A stretch of DNA of 64,000 nt from Octopus sinensis (GCF_006345805.1 NC_043014.1:33480001-33544000), one strand, 5' to 3'; counted from the first letter of the stretch, positions 12,444 to 25,432 are shown. Notes: a model not told the origin generated them from the letters alone. Numbers and translations are program-made.

Positions 12444-12760
12444 ATTATTATTGCTCTTCTTCTTATTACTATTATTATTATTGCTCTTATTATCATTATT
12501 ACTATTATCATTATTATTATCATTATTACTATTATTATTATTGCTCTTATTATCATTATTACTATTATCATTATTATTATTATTATTGCTCTTATTATCA
12601 TTATTACTATTATTATTATTGCTCTTATTATCATTATTATTATTATCATTATTATTATTGCTCTTATCATTATTACTATTATTATTATTATCATTATTGC
12701 TCTTATTATCATTATTACTATTATTATTATTATTATTATTGCTCTTATTATCATTATTAC

Positions 12761-12791
<31 letters not shown>

Positions 12792-12829
12792 GCTATTATT
12801 ATTATTATTGCTCTTATTATCATTATTAC

Positions 12830-12860
<31 letters not shown>

Positions 12861-12898
12861 GCTCTTACTATCATTATTACTATTATTATTGCTATTGC

Positions 12899-12929
<31 letters not shown>
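11877..12929. repeat. Compound (ATT)n microsatellite with higher-order block duplication
   Basis: ATT, ATC, ACT and GCTCTT units; source of the poly-L, poly-I, poly-N and poly-Y ORFs. Confidence 0.95.
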
Positions 12930-13110
12930 CAAGAAAATAGTAAAGGTAAAGTCTTTACTTCATTGCTGATATTCTCAACATTTTTTTTAAAAAAAAGAGT
13001 TAAGTTGTTGCCTATCCATACCATAATATTAAATTTTAAAAAATATTACAAAGAATTCTGAAGCAAATCAAAATATCACTACCAATGCAACGTTGTTAAT
13101 GGTTCCATAC

Positions 13111-13233
13111 CTGTAAATGTCCAAGAATGTCAGTCCTTTGCATGAACTTATAATTTGTCTTGAGTCGTTCCACACTTAAAGATTTACCAATTAACTCTGT
13201 TGCTTTGATCAAACTAAGTTTTACACACATATC
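13111..13233 (-). CDS. MROH1: MROH1 exon E21 (123 nt)
   Basis: tttgcag|GAT...CAG|gtatgg; DMCVKLSLIKATELIGKSLSVERLKTNYKFMQRTDILGHLQ. Confidence 0.92.
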
Positions 13234-13351
13234 CTGCAAAGATAATGGGAAAAGGTTAAAAGACATGGCAGAGATGGTGAAGTCTTGCAGTCTGAGTTCA
13301 CAGTTTACAAGTATCGATTGCTGTCTTTCCATCATTCAAAGGTTGATCAAA

Positions 13352-13690
13352 TAAGTACCATGACTCAGTGGTTAGAACATCAGACTCACAATCATGAGAT
13401 AGTGAGTTTGATTTCCAGACCAGGTTGTACATTGTGTTCTTGAGCAAGACACTTTATTTCTCCCTGTACCAGATAACTCAGCTGTAGAAATGAGTTGTGA
13501 CATCACAGGTGCCAAGCTGTATCGCCCCCTTTGTCTTTCCCTTGGATAACATCAGTGGTGTAGAGAGGGCATGCTAGCATGCAAGGGTGACTGTTGGTTT
13601 TCCATAAAAACAACCTTGCCCAGATTTGTGCCTTGGAGGGGAACTTTCTAGGTGCAATCCTATGGTCATTCATGACCAATGGGATTCTTT
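13352..13690 (+). mobile_element. tRNA-derived SINE family D
   Basis: A/B-box-like head; further copies on the minus strand at 22078-22412, 26785-27122, 52130-52457 and 54277-54596. Confidence 0.8.
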
Positions 13691-14155
13691 TTATACTGTT
13701 AGGTGAGGATGTCAACTAAATGTACTCCTTCTCCAAAAGCATTTATAATCTTGAGTGCCATTGTGAAAAATTTTTATGATTGCCGGGTACATGTTTAACA
13801 CTTTCATGATCAGAATAAGCAGATTGTATTTTTCAAATAATTTTGAAAAATTATCAAACATTTCAACTAGGAGTTTAAATAATTGTAACTTTTTTCCTTT
13901 GTTAATTAGCAGGTGTGGTTGTGTAGTGAAAAGTTTGCTTCCAAACCATGTCATCTTGATTTGCGAGTGAAATAGGTAGATAGAAACTGAAAGAAACCTA
14001 TTGTGTGTGTGTGTGTGTTACTGTCGCCTTACCTTGATAGTTGTAAACAACTATCATAGTTACACAAGCAGTGTCTTCCATGGATCATGTTTGGCCATGA
14101 AGAAATATTACCATTACCTTAATAGTAAAAATGAGAAAAATGGTGCCAAACGTAC

Positions 14156-14305
14156 CTTTGGGTTCGTGAAAAAGGGGTAGATAGCCTTCAATATGGTCAT
14201 TTCCATCCTTGATATCAAAAGAGTATTGGGGGCAAACATTGTCACATAACCATAGCAAAGAATCAAGGTGGCCTTTACTTTCTCAATATCAGTGTCATTT
14301 TTGTC
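14156..14305 (-). CDS. MROH1: MROH1 exon E20 (150 nt)
   Basis: ctacag|GAC...AAG|gtacgt; DKNDTDIEKVKATLILCYGYVTMFAPNTLLISRMEMTILKAIYPFFTNPK. Confidence 0.94.
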
Positions 14306-14334
14306 CTGTAGAAATAGAAACAGAGTGAGTTTTA

Positions 14335-14655
14335 GTAAGAGAGAGAGGGGGGAGAATGAGAGAGGGAGGGGGAGAGAGATAGAGGGAAAGAGAAAGAGGA
14401 TGACAGGAAGAGAAAGAGAGGGAGTGAGAGAAAGAGAGGAATAAGAGAATGACAAGAGAGAGAGGGGAGTGAGAGAAAGAGAAAGTGGAGAGAGAGAGAG
14501 GGAGAGAAAGAGAGAGGGAGAGAGAAAGAGATAGAGAAGGTCAAAGGAGAAATGAGAAAGAGATGAAAATGGAATGAGCAAAAGTAAATAGAAAGAGAGA
14601 AAAAGAAAGTGACTAATCATTCTATCTCTCTCTCTGAGAGAGAGAGAGAGAAAGA
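14335..14655. repeat. (GA)-rich purine tract; polypyrimidine on the gene strand just upstream of E20
   Basis: Direct inspection. Confidence 0.9.
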
Positions 14656-15197
14656 AACAACTGCAAAGGTGTAGCCTTGCAGGTAAATGTGTGCTCAGTT
14701 ACTTCACAGGCATGGCTGTGTGCTAAGAAGTTTCCTTCCCAACCACAGGGTTCCAAGTTCAATCTCACTGCATGGCACCTTGGGCAAGCATCTATTATAT
14801 CCTTGGACCAACCAAAGCCTTGTGAGTGGATTTGGTAGATAGGAATTAAAAGAAGCCCATTATATATACATGTGTGTGTGTGTATTTGCGTGTAAATGTG
14901 TGTGTGTTTGTATGTCCCACTTCTACTTGGTGGCCAATGTTATTTTATTTACATTCCCATTGGGCAAAAGTGACCGACAGAATAAGTACCAGACTTTAAA
15001 AAAATAAGTAATGAGGTCAGTTCATTTAACTAAAACCCTTGTAAAAGATAAAAGATAAAAGATACAGTGGTGAATAAACTTTGTCAGGATGACTTATCAC
15101 TTTACATGTACAACATCCAGTGATGACCTAATTACCCAATGACCTACAGAATTAGCATATAAAAGTTCATAAAGAAATCAAGAAATCTAACACATAC

Positions 15198-15320
15198 CCT
15201 CATAAAACCAAGGATTCCTGATGACTTTCGGACCATGTCATGTTTGGTGGCCCCTTGAAGTCTCTGGAGGACGGCATCTAAATGAGATGTAGCTGCAAAG
15301 CCCATGGCCACAGCACATCC
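15198..15320 (-). CDS. MROH1: MROH1 exon E19 (123 nt)
   Basis: tttcaag|GGA...AGG|gtatgt; GCAVAMGFAATSHLDAVLQRLQGATKHDMVRKSSGILGFMR. Confidence 0.93.
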
Positions 15321-16604
15321 CTTGAAATGAATAAAAGTAAAAATATAATAATAATAATAATAATAATAATTTTTTTTTTTTTACTACCCACAAGGGGCTA
15401 AGCACAGAAAGGACAAGCAAGGACAGAGAAACGGATTAAGTTGATTATATCGACCCCAGTGCATAACTGGTACTTATTTAATTGACCCCGAAAAGATGAA
15501 AGGCAAAGTCGACTTCGTCGGAATTATTGTATACAGTGGTCAGGTGCACCACAGCTTGTCAGAAAGTGCATATAAAGTATATGCAGTAATGTACAATTGT
15601 CTGGAAAGCAAACAGTGTATGAGTCAGATACATGCTTGTGTGTGTATGGAGGGGGGAAAGGGGTTAAATTAGTAGTATCATCTGTTCTTAAAGAAGACCC
15701 ACGTTTAAGTGACGATAAACATTACTTATCGGCGTGAATACTGATTCTATCTCTCCCAGAGATTTTCTTAATGGACTAGTTTGCTAGTTATATCTTGTAT
15801 CGTTTCTGTACGAATCTTATGAATGGCATAAATCTAAGTTTGTGAAGGTATGTGACCTCGTAGTTTGGGTGTCGGGCTCATGATCGTTAGGTAACGGGTT
15901 CAATTCTTGGATCAGATGGCATGTTGTGTTCTTGGGCGAGGCACCTCTTTCCATGTCATTTCAGTCCCCTCAACTAAAAATGATTACTACCGCTGCTGCC
16001 ACTACCACTACCGCTGTCACTGCTACCACCGCTGCTGCTGCCACCACCACCACCAGTTGAAGGGTTTAAATTTGTGATGGATTAGCATCCCATTCAGTGA
16101 GGAATCTCATATTCTTAGTAGCTCAAACTCTACAGAAACTGAGATAAGCTTCTCATAAATGATCCTGTAAGTTCAAGATACACTTTAACCATATTAAATT
16201 AAAGTCAGAGTTTACTTTATGAGGCTGACTAATGCCTTGTAAATGAATTTGGTAGATGGAAACTGAGCTTTTTATGTGGCACAGCACTGGTGATTTTTAT
16301 GTGGTATCAGCCTCAACACCAATGCTTTTTACAAGGCACATCGGTTTTAGGGTATCACTGCTGTTATGGTGAGTGGGCTTTCTTGACTACCGTAATGTGT
16401 TAGATATCTCAGTCCTTTGTCATCTCCTTTGTAAGGCTCAGCATTCTGAGATCAGCCTTCAACACCTAGTCCCGTGTCTTTCTGAGTTTCTTTCTTCTAC
16501 AATTTCCCTCCACTTTAAGTGATTGACACTTCTTATGCAACTGTCCTCACCCATCTGCATCACATAACCAAACTAGCACAGTCTCCTCTCTGGCACATTA
16601 CATC

Positions 16605-16905
16605 TAATTCCTCTTATACATTATATACATTTGACGGATATTTGTCCTCATCTTGTCTGTTGTTAACACGTTTCGGCTGATATACCCTCCAGCCTTCATC
16701 AGGTGTCTTGGGAAAATTTCCAACCTGGGTTCTCATTCCTAAGTTATTTTTCGATGTTATTGTTATTATTATTATTAATATTATTATTATTATTATTATT
16801 ACTATTACTATTCTTCTTCTTCTTATTATTATTATTACTATTACTATTATTATTATTATTATTAATATTATCATTATTATTATCATTATTAATATTATTA
16901 TTATC

Positions 16906-16940
<35 letters not shown>

Positions 16941-17113
16941 TATTATCATCATTATAATCATTATTATTATCATTATCATTATTATCATCATCATTATTAT
17001 TATTATCATTATTATCGTTATCATTATCATCATTATTATTATTATCATTATTATTATTATCATCATTTCATCATTATTATTATTTCATAATTATTATTAT
17101 TATTATTATTTCA

Positions 17114-17149
<36 letters not shown>

Positions 17150-17245
17150 TCACTGCAACAACAAACAAGATGAGGACAAATATTTGTCAAATGTAAATGA
17201 TGTAAATAATGTACATAATTCCTCATCTCTTAAATATCGAATTGT
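16605..17245. mobile_element. Penelope-like element pair in inverted orientation around an (ATT)n array, with hammerhead remnant
   Basis: 16610-16670 is the reverse complement of 17158-17225; hammerhead-like motif at 16665-16707 on the minus strand. Confidence 0.65.
16665..16707 (-). ncRNA. Degenerate hammerhead ribozyme motif
   Basis: GACAC-CTGATGA-A-GGCTG GAGGGTATAT CAGCC-GAAAC-GTGTT; helix III and cleavage triplet are missing. Confidence 0.55.
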
Positions 17246-17434
17246 AATTCCTCATATGCTTAACTTTTCTTTCAACACATTAGTGTTCTGTTGCACATGC
17301 ACACTGACATTGCACATCCAGTGGAGCATACCAGCTTTTCCTCTCTAGTTTTCAAATATCTTCTGCATTCAGAGCCCATGTCTCACTACCATGTAACACT
17401 GCAGTTCGTATAAATGCATCATACAATCTTCCTC

Positions 17435-17679
17435 TTACTCAGAGAGAGAGAGAGATAGAGAAATGTTTGGTTGCCAACAGATGTAAAAGCTTTCTGAACT
17501 TTCCCTACCCTCTGCATGTGTGTGTGTGTGTGGGTATCATTGTGATCATGTTGTGTTTATTCCCCACTGCTGCTTAACAATCAGTATTGGTTTACTCAGA
17601 GAGAGAGAGAAAGAGAGAGATAGAGAAACGTTTGGTTGCCAACAGATGTAAAAGCTTTCTGAACTTTCCCTACCCTCTG

Positions 17680-17715
<36 letters not shown>

Positions 17716-17775
17716 GGTATCATTGTGATCATGTTGTGTTTATTCCCCACTGCTGCTTAACAATCAGTATTGGTT
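17435..17775. repeat. Recent two-copy tandem duplication (about 157 and 183 bp)
   Basis: Units nearly identical apart from (GA)n and (GT)n lengths. Confidence 0.9.
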
Positions 17776-18381
17776 TGATTATGTCCCCATAACTAAGTGA
17801 TTTGGCAAAAGAGCCCAATAAAATAAGTACCAGACTTAAAAAATACAACTACTGGGGGTCAATTTCTTTGATTAAACACTTTGAAGCGGTGCCCCAGGAT
17901 GGTTGTAGTCCAATGACTGAAACAAGTATAAAACAAAAGATAAATGACAAAATAATAAAATAAAAAAATAAATTATAAATAAAAAAAATAGAAATTCTCT
18001 GTCTCATTTATATTTTATCTCAGCATTCATTAACTCATTCATATATTTCTTTATAAATAATAACATAGGGAAATTGAAAAGAAACAATACTCTTTTCATT
18101 TTTAAACAACAAATGGAATTAATGATTCTTTTACCATATTTCTATAGAAACAAACTGCCATTGTTTCAATTAATTTTGAAAATAACAAAGAATTTACAAA
18201 AGTAGCTTTGCCATTGTTAAGCTGGTGTTTGGAACATAAATTAACATGGAATTTTCATGGAAGGTTTTAATTTGGATCACTTAAAAACAAGAAGTTTGCA
18301 TCCCAGGTGCAAGGACAGTTTCGGGTGGGTTGGCATCAAAAGGGTTTAAAATACGATGGAAATATGATATAAAGAACTTAC

Positions 18382-18501
18382 TTCTCTTTCTTTCATGGCG
18401 GAATGTTTCACAGTAGAGAATATGATATCAAACTGCTTCGAAATGAATTCCTTTTTGCTTGAATTCCTCAGAATGATACCAAGACATTTGTAGAGGAAAT
18501 T
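18382..18501 (-). CDS. MROH1: MROH1 exon E18 (120 nt)
   Basis: tttttag|AAT...GAA|gtaagt; NFLYKCLGIILRNSSKKEFISKQFDIIFSTVKHSAMKERE. Confidence 0.94.
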
Positions 18502-18588
18502 CTAAAAAAAACAGACAGTACAGACTATCATTATGTTATTATTACTCTTATTATTATTATTATTATTATCATTATTATTATTATTATT

Positions 18589-19390
18589 CAGTAGTTTTAT
18601 TTTTATAGCGTGCTTTCACTTCACTACCGAGCACAGCTCTGTGTGCCTTGGGTATGTGCCATGATTTGTTGTGATGCTCTGATGGTTATTGTATGGAAAG
18701 TGTTCTGCGTAGGATGTGTGCAGTGCCTAGTAGTGCAATTTTCTGTATGTTATATGTGTTTGTAAGTCCTGGTGTTTTTGTTATGTATTTGTCTGAATAT
18801 TTTTTTATCATGCCTACTATGATAGGAATTGTTTCTGTTTTCAGGTTCCACATTCTAGTTACCTCTATTTCCAGGTCTTTGTATTTTGAGAGTTTCTCCA
18901 TTTCTTTTAGAGACACGTTGTCATCTGCCGGTATTGATACATCAATTAGAAAGCATTTTTTTTCTTCATGATCTCTGACAACTATATCTGGTCTGTTGGC
19001 CTTCATTTCTCTATCTGTGTGTATCGGCATATCCCAGAGTATGGTTGCTTTCTCGTTTTCTGTGACCTTTTCTGGTGTGTGCCTATACCATCTTTTTTCT
19101 GTTGTTATTCCATAATGTTGGCATAACTTCCAATGTATGTAGGTTCCAACTCTGTCATGTCTGTGAATATATTCCTTCTTGGCCAGGACTGGGCAGCTAG
19201 AGATAATATGATTTATTGTTTCTTGTCCATCTCCACATATTCTGCAGTTACTTGTAATATTTCTTTTCATTACATGTTTTTGGTAATTTCTGGTGGGGAG
19301 GCTTTGGTCTTGTGCTGCAATTAAAAATCCCTCTGTTTCTGCTTTGAGTCCTGAGCTTCTCAACCATTGCTGGGATTTTTCTTTGTCTAT
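18589..19390 (-). mobile_element. 5'-truncated R4/Dong-like non-LTR retrotransposon (restriction-like endonuclease)
   Basis: About 230 open codons: CRIC...ETINHIISSC zinc knuckle, RPDIV...LIDV...EKLSKY endonuclease; flanked by (ATT)n on both sides. Confidence 0.85.
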
Positions 19391-19485
19391 TTATTATTAT
19401 TATCATTATTATCATTATCATTATTATTATTATTATCATTATTATTATTATTATCATTATTATCATTATTACTATCATTATTATC

Positions 19486-19517
<32 letters not shown>

Positions 19518-19731
19518 TATCATTATTATTATTATTATTATTATCATTATTATTATTATTATCATTATTATTATTATTATAATTATTATTATTATCATCA
19601 TTATTATTATTATCATCATTATTATTATTATCATCATTATTATTATTATCATTATTATTATTATTATTATTATCATTATTATTATTATTATCATTATTAT
19701 TATTATTATCATTATTATAATTATTATTATT
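19391..19731. repeat. (ATT/ATC)n microsatellite
   Basis: Direct inspection. Confidence 0.95.
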
Positions 19732-20051
19732 GAACCAATCATTAAAGTCTCAACAGCTGAACTTGACATCTTGGGAAAGTTATTGTATAGATCAATCTGA
19801 ATGGTAAAATGTATCACGATGCATCCGAACAATTTGAGTTGAAGAAAACGAGTCCAAATGCATTGTATTTCAGGCAAGTGTCTTCTACTATAGCTCTAAG
19901 CCAACCAAAACCTTGTGAGTGGATTTGGTAGATGGAACCCGAAAAGAAGTTAGCTGTTCATAATTTTTTTTTCTGTACAATCAACTTCAAGTACAAATTA
20001 CAAAAGGTTTGTGATACATATCACCAACAACAGTGAAGACAACAAACCTAC

Positions 20052-20159
20052 CTTCTCATTTGGCAAGTTAGTGTACAATGGTATTTGCTGACTGAAGGCT
20101 TCACCAAGACTTTCAACCCAGTCTTCATTGCTGATAATTTCAAGAGACTTAGATAGCAT
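20052..20159 (-). CDS. MROH1: MROH1 exon E17 (108 nt)
   Basis: tttacag|ATG...AAG|gtaggt; MLSKSLEIISNEDWVESLGEAFSQQIPLYTNLPNEK. Confidence 0.93.
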
Positions 20160-20883
20160 CTGTAAAAAGGAAAAAGGTAAAACGTACCAATTAAGTATTC
20201 AAAATACAATTAACTGAAAGGAAAGATCTTGTATGTGTTATTTAGATTTATTTATCTAATTCTTTTGTAACTTGCTTTATTGTGTACAAGATACTTTTAA
20301 TGTTAATTATAATGAAAAATGGCTAGTAGATATAACTTGGGGAGAAAACAGTTTGAAATAAGTTATTCACTAATCGTGGATGATGAGCAGGTGATGATAG
20401 ACTCACAGGATGATAGATACAAATATTAAGGTAGAGTAGAAACAGAAAAGATAAAAAAAAAACGAAATGAAAAGTGTATTTGGAAAAGAATATTTATGAT
20501 GGAAAACTTGGTTTTGATAAAAAAGCAAATTAAATAGCAATTGTGACAATTAACATACATTGTTTCTAAGATAAGATATAGAGCTGGGATTATCAAATGG
20601 AGCAAAGATGAAATTAGCTAAAAGTTGAAAAATAATGGTTGTGAATGGTGTACTGTATCTGAAAAGTGATGTCTATAAAATTTATTTTCTGAAAACTAGA
20701 GGTGGAAGAAGCTTGGACAGTTGTGAAAACTGTATAAGAAAATGAGGAAAACAGTCCTGGTAAGTACATGAAGAACAGAGTTAAGCCCTGGTTGATGACA
20801 GTAAAACAATGTGGTGTTTTATAGACTGAAAGCTGCATTGAAAAAAAGGATTATAATAAAAAAGAAGTGCTAATCTCTAACTG

Positions 20884-21165
20884 TGTGGAGGTACAATGGC
20901 CCAGTAGTTAGGGTAGCGGACTCACGGTTGGAGGATCACGGTTTCAATCCCCAGACTGGGCATTGTGTGTGTTTATTGAGCGAAAACACCTAAAGCTCCA
21001 CGAGGCTCTGGCAGGGGGTGGTGGCGACCCCTGTTGTACTCTTTCGCCCCAACTTTATCCCACTCTTTCTTACTGTTTCTTGAGTAATGCTGCGATGAAC
21101 ACATATGCCACAGAAACCAGGAAACTGGGTCCATGAGCCTGGCTAGGCTTGAAACGGGTGCATAA
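20884..21165 (+). mobile_element. tRNA-derived SINE (family C-type head, different 3' part)
   Basis: Head matches 62643-63040; similar copy at about 46198-46500. Confidence 0.7.
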
Positions 21166-22486
21166 AAAAAAATAGTCTCTAACTGTGGAGGGAACCTGTG
21201 GAAGAGGTAGACTCGGGAATACTTGGGACAAGGGGGTGAAGTGTGATCTCTGAATGTTGGGCCTGACCTTTAAGGTTAATGAAACCTTGATATGTGCAAC
21301 ACAAGAGCAATCCTTAAGGATTATGTGAAATATGACATTGACATAATAGTGACTCTATAGTTTTGACTCACTATTATGTAGACTCTGTCTACATAATAGT
21401 GAAAGGAGAAATAGCCACATTGTGGGTGAGTACAGAACAGTTGTACAAAAGGGATATAAAAGATTGTGCATTGGAAATTGTACAACTTGAGCTGAATGGA
21501 ACAGACAAGCAATATGAACACCAGTCTGATCTAATGGTAGAGTCAGATAAAGAGTAACTATTTTGAGGCTTCAACATCTAGGATTATTTGAACTCAACTA
21601 CCCAAGCTAGTAATAATACTTATTCATTATATAGTGTTTCTAAGGCAGCAAGCTGGCAGAATCATTAGCACGCTGAGCAAAATGCTTAGCAGCTTTTAGT
21701 CTGTCTTTATGTTCTGAGTTTAAATTATGCCAAAGTTAACTTTGCCTTCATCCTCTCAGGGTCAATAAATTAAGTACCAGTTAAACACTGGGGTCAATGT
21801 AATTAACTAGTCCCTCCCCAAAATTGTGCCTTTAGTAGAAAGGATTATATTGTGATTCTGTTACTTAAAACTGAACTTTACTTCTGTAGTACCATATATA
21901 TATTTAGGCAGAGCAAGCCAGCAAAAACTCAGTGACTTGGATAGGGACACAATACAGTAGCAGTAACAGGGTAAAAATTAGTGTCTCTTCAAACAAATGT
22001 AGTTGTTGAGAAGCAAAAATCCAAAACTGATGCACTGAAAGAAATGATCCAGGACTCATACATTGAGGAAGAAGGACTCACTTCGGTTATGACTGACCAT
22101 GGGATTGCACCTAGGAAGTTACCCTCCCAGCCACAAGTCTGGGCAAGGTTGTTTATGGAAGACTAGCAGTTGCTCATGCATACTGGCCTCTCCTTTCCCA
22201 CGCCACCGATGTTATCCAAGGGAAAGACAAAGGCCAATACAGCTTGGCACCTGTGACGTCGCAACTCATTTCTACAGCTGAGTGGACTGGAGCAATGTGA
22301 AATAAAGTGTCTTGCTCAAGAACGCAACATGCAGCCTGGTCCGGGATTCAAACTCACAACCTTGCGATCGTAAGCTCGACGCTCTAACCACTGAGCCATG
22401 CACCTTCACTACATTGAGGAACAGCTTGCAAAATGTAACACCTTAACTAATCTGTACAAACAGAGACAGAAAAGTCCTAAATTTAC

Positions 22487-22545
22487 CTTCAGTAGCAAAT
22501 CTTCCCAGTTCTTCTGAACCCAGGCTTCCTCATTTTCAGAATTAT
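22487..22545 (-). CDS. MROH1: MROH1 exon E16 (59 nt)
   Basis: cttccag|AT...AAG|gtaaat; DNSENEEAWVQKNWEDLLLK. Confidence 0.92.
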
Positions 22546-23320
22546 CTGGAAGATAAATATGAAAAACCAAAGTTGAGAAGGCTAGTCAAAAAGTTCAATA
22601 AAGTTTAACATATAATGCCCCTCCATTATAGCAAGGCCCCTGTTTCTGCCTGCCTCACTGTCACACTCTAACCTTTCATCATCTGACACAAGTTCCCCTT
22701 TTCAAATGCTGCTGTCCCTTGACTTGCAAGTTATTGGTGACTCTGTCAGTGCTGGTGCCACGTAAAAAGCATCCAGTCTACACTGTAAAGTGGCTGGCAT
22801 TTGGAAGGGCATCCAGCTGAAAAAGTCATGCCAAAACTAACCTCATATGAGCTAGTGCCACATAAAAAGCACTGAATCCACTCTGCAGAGCGGTTGGTGT
22901 AAAAACCCTGCCAAAACAGACACAGTAATCTGGGGTAGTCTTCTACCTGCCAACTGTCCTACCCAGGCATGAATGGAAGGCAGACATTAAATGATGATGA
23001 TGATGATGATATATACATGGGTTGGTCTATCAGCTGGTGATCAAGCAGTTGCAACACTATCTTTTCTTTTATCTTTTACTTTGCAATCATTTGACCGTGA
23101 CCATACTGGGGCACCACCTCAAAAGGTTTTAGTCAAACACATTGACCCCAGGACTTATTTTTGTTTTAAAGACTTGCACTTATTCTATTGGTCTCTTTTG
23201 CCAAACTGCTAAATTGCGGGGCTGTAAACACACCATTACTGGTTGTCAAGCAGTGGTGGGAGAACAAACACATACATGCATAGATATAGGCATGTATATA
23301 CAATGCATATATATATACAA

Positions 23321-23622
23321 TGAAGGCGCGGGGCTTAGTGGTCAGGGCATTCAGGTCATGATGTTAAGGTTGTGAGTTCAATTCTTGGTGAAGTGTTGTG
23401 TCCTTGTACAAGACACTTTATTTCAGGTTGCTCCTGTCCACTCAGCTGGCAAAAATGGGTCAGCCTTGTTACATTCTGTGTCACACAGAAGTTCCCAGTG
23501 AACTACGTTAAGGGTATGCATGTCTGTGGATTGCTCAGCCACTTGCACGTTAGTTTCACGAGCAAGCTGTTCCGTTGATCAGATCAACTGGAACCCTTGT
23601 TGTTGTAACCAATGGAGTGCCA
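23321..23622 (+). mobile_element. tRNA-derived SINE family C nested in a family B SINE
   Basis: 3' half is shared with 62643-63040 (minus strand). Confidence 0.75.
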
Positions 23623-24396
23623 GTTATATATACAATGACCTTCTTTCAGTTTCCATCTACCAAATCCATTCACAATACTTTAGTCAGCCTGAGGCTATAG
23701 TAGAAGACACTTGCCCAAGGTGCCACACAATGGGACTGAAGCCGGAACCATGCAGTTGGTAAGCAAACTTCTTACCACATAGTCATGCCAGTGTCTCTCT
23801 TTTACTTGTTTCAGTCATTTGACTGTGGCCATGCTGCAGCACCACCTTTAGTCGAGCAAATCGACCCCAAGACTTATTCTTTGTAAGCCTAGTACTTATT
23901 CTATCGGTCTCTTTTGCCAAACCGCTAAGTTACGGGGATGTAAACACACCAGCATCGGTTGTCAAGCGATGTGGGGGGGGGGGGGGCAAACACATACACA
24001 CACATACATACATATACATATACATACATACATACGGGCTTCTTTCAGTTTCCGTCTACCAAATCCACTCACAAGGCTTTGGTGGACCCGAAGCTATAAT
24101 AGAAGACACTTGCCCAAGGTGCCACGCAGAGGGACTGAATCCGGAACTATGCAGTTTGTAAGCAAGCTACTTACCACACAGCCACTCCTACGCCTATGTC
24201 TGCAAAGGAAATTTTAAAAAAAGTGGGGCAGTATTGACATAAGTGGTACACCTTTGATCATGGATATGCTGGATCAAGGTTGACCTGAAGTTCAACAAAT
24301 AAAACCAGCAACATTATTGTAATTTGTGCTGAGTGTGTTGAACAGACCGCTAAAGCCAACATACATTAGAGAGAGGAGAAAATATGTTTGACCAAC

Positions 24397-24538
24397 CTTC
24401 CAGATAACACACCAGTTTTGGAATGACCGTGTTCCACAGTTCAGTTAGTTCAGGACACAAATTTGGGGCCATGTGTTTCATGAAGTTAAGTACATATATT
24501 CCTCGACACCCATTTACAAGTGGATTTCCAGCAATGAC
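24397..24538 (-). CDS. MROH1: MROH1 exon E15 (142 nt)
   Basis: tttaaag|GTC...G|gttggt; VIAGNPLVNGCRGIYVLNFMKHMAPNLCPELTELWNTVIPKLVCYLE. Confidence 0.92.
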
Positions 24539-25396
24539 CTTTAAAAATAAATGTCAATAATAACAATAACAACCACAACAATAATTCTTTCTACTATAGG
24601 CACAAAGTCTGAAATTCTAGGTAAGGGGTAGGGCTAATCAATTACATTCTCCACCCCAGTGACATAAACCAGAGACAAGCCAGGGCAAGATATCCAGTGC
24701 CAATATGGGTCACAAGCTGATGAATGTGGGAGCACCACGATCCCCAGCACAAGAAAAAGAGACCCAAAATTTTCAATGCCATTCCCTGCATATCTGGTTT
24801 TATATCAGAGTGACCTTCTCCAAGAGACATGCTGAGGGTGGACCTCCTCCCAATGGTTGGATTGTTGGTGTCTAAACAAATACCCCTACTAGGTTTGCCT
24901 GGTGAGGAGGTTGCTAGAAACCAGTTAGGACTGAAAACAAGAGGCTAAATGATACTGGAATTGAGACACACATTGTCAAATCTGCAGAAAAATGTTATTT
25001 TATACTCTGCAAGAATCCTAAAAAAGATTTTTGAGAGTTTAAGAAACTTGTTGTTACTAAACTTGTTGTTAAGAAACTTGTTGTTACTAAAGGCGGTGCT
25101 CCAGCATGGCCACAGTCAAAAGGACTGAAACAAGTAAAAGAGTAAACCTCAAGACACTATCTCTGCTGACTAAAGGTAGCATATTCTTTTATCTTTTCTT
25201 TTATTTGTTTGGGTCATTTGACTGTGGCCATGTTGGAGCACCATCTTTAGTCAAACTAATCAACCCCAGGACTTATTTTTTCTAAGCCTAGTTCTTATTC
25301 TATCAGTCTCTTTTGCTGAACTGCTAGGTTACGGGGATGTAAACATATCAACATCGGTTGTCAAGCAATGGTGGAGGGGACAAACACAGACACACA

Positions 25397-25432
<36 letters not shown>

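Noticed and set aside
11873-13061. Long poly-L, poly-I, poly-N and poly-Y ORFs (also 16614-17196, 19248-19877, 32619-32882, 37141-37633)
   Set aside because: They are translations of triplet microsatellites that lack stops in some frames; no coding complexity.
24717-24745. CTGATGA with a GTGG/CCAC stem as a hammerhead
   Set aside because: Followed by GATC rather than GAAA, with no helix I or III; lies in a LINE-like remnant.
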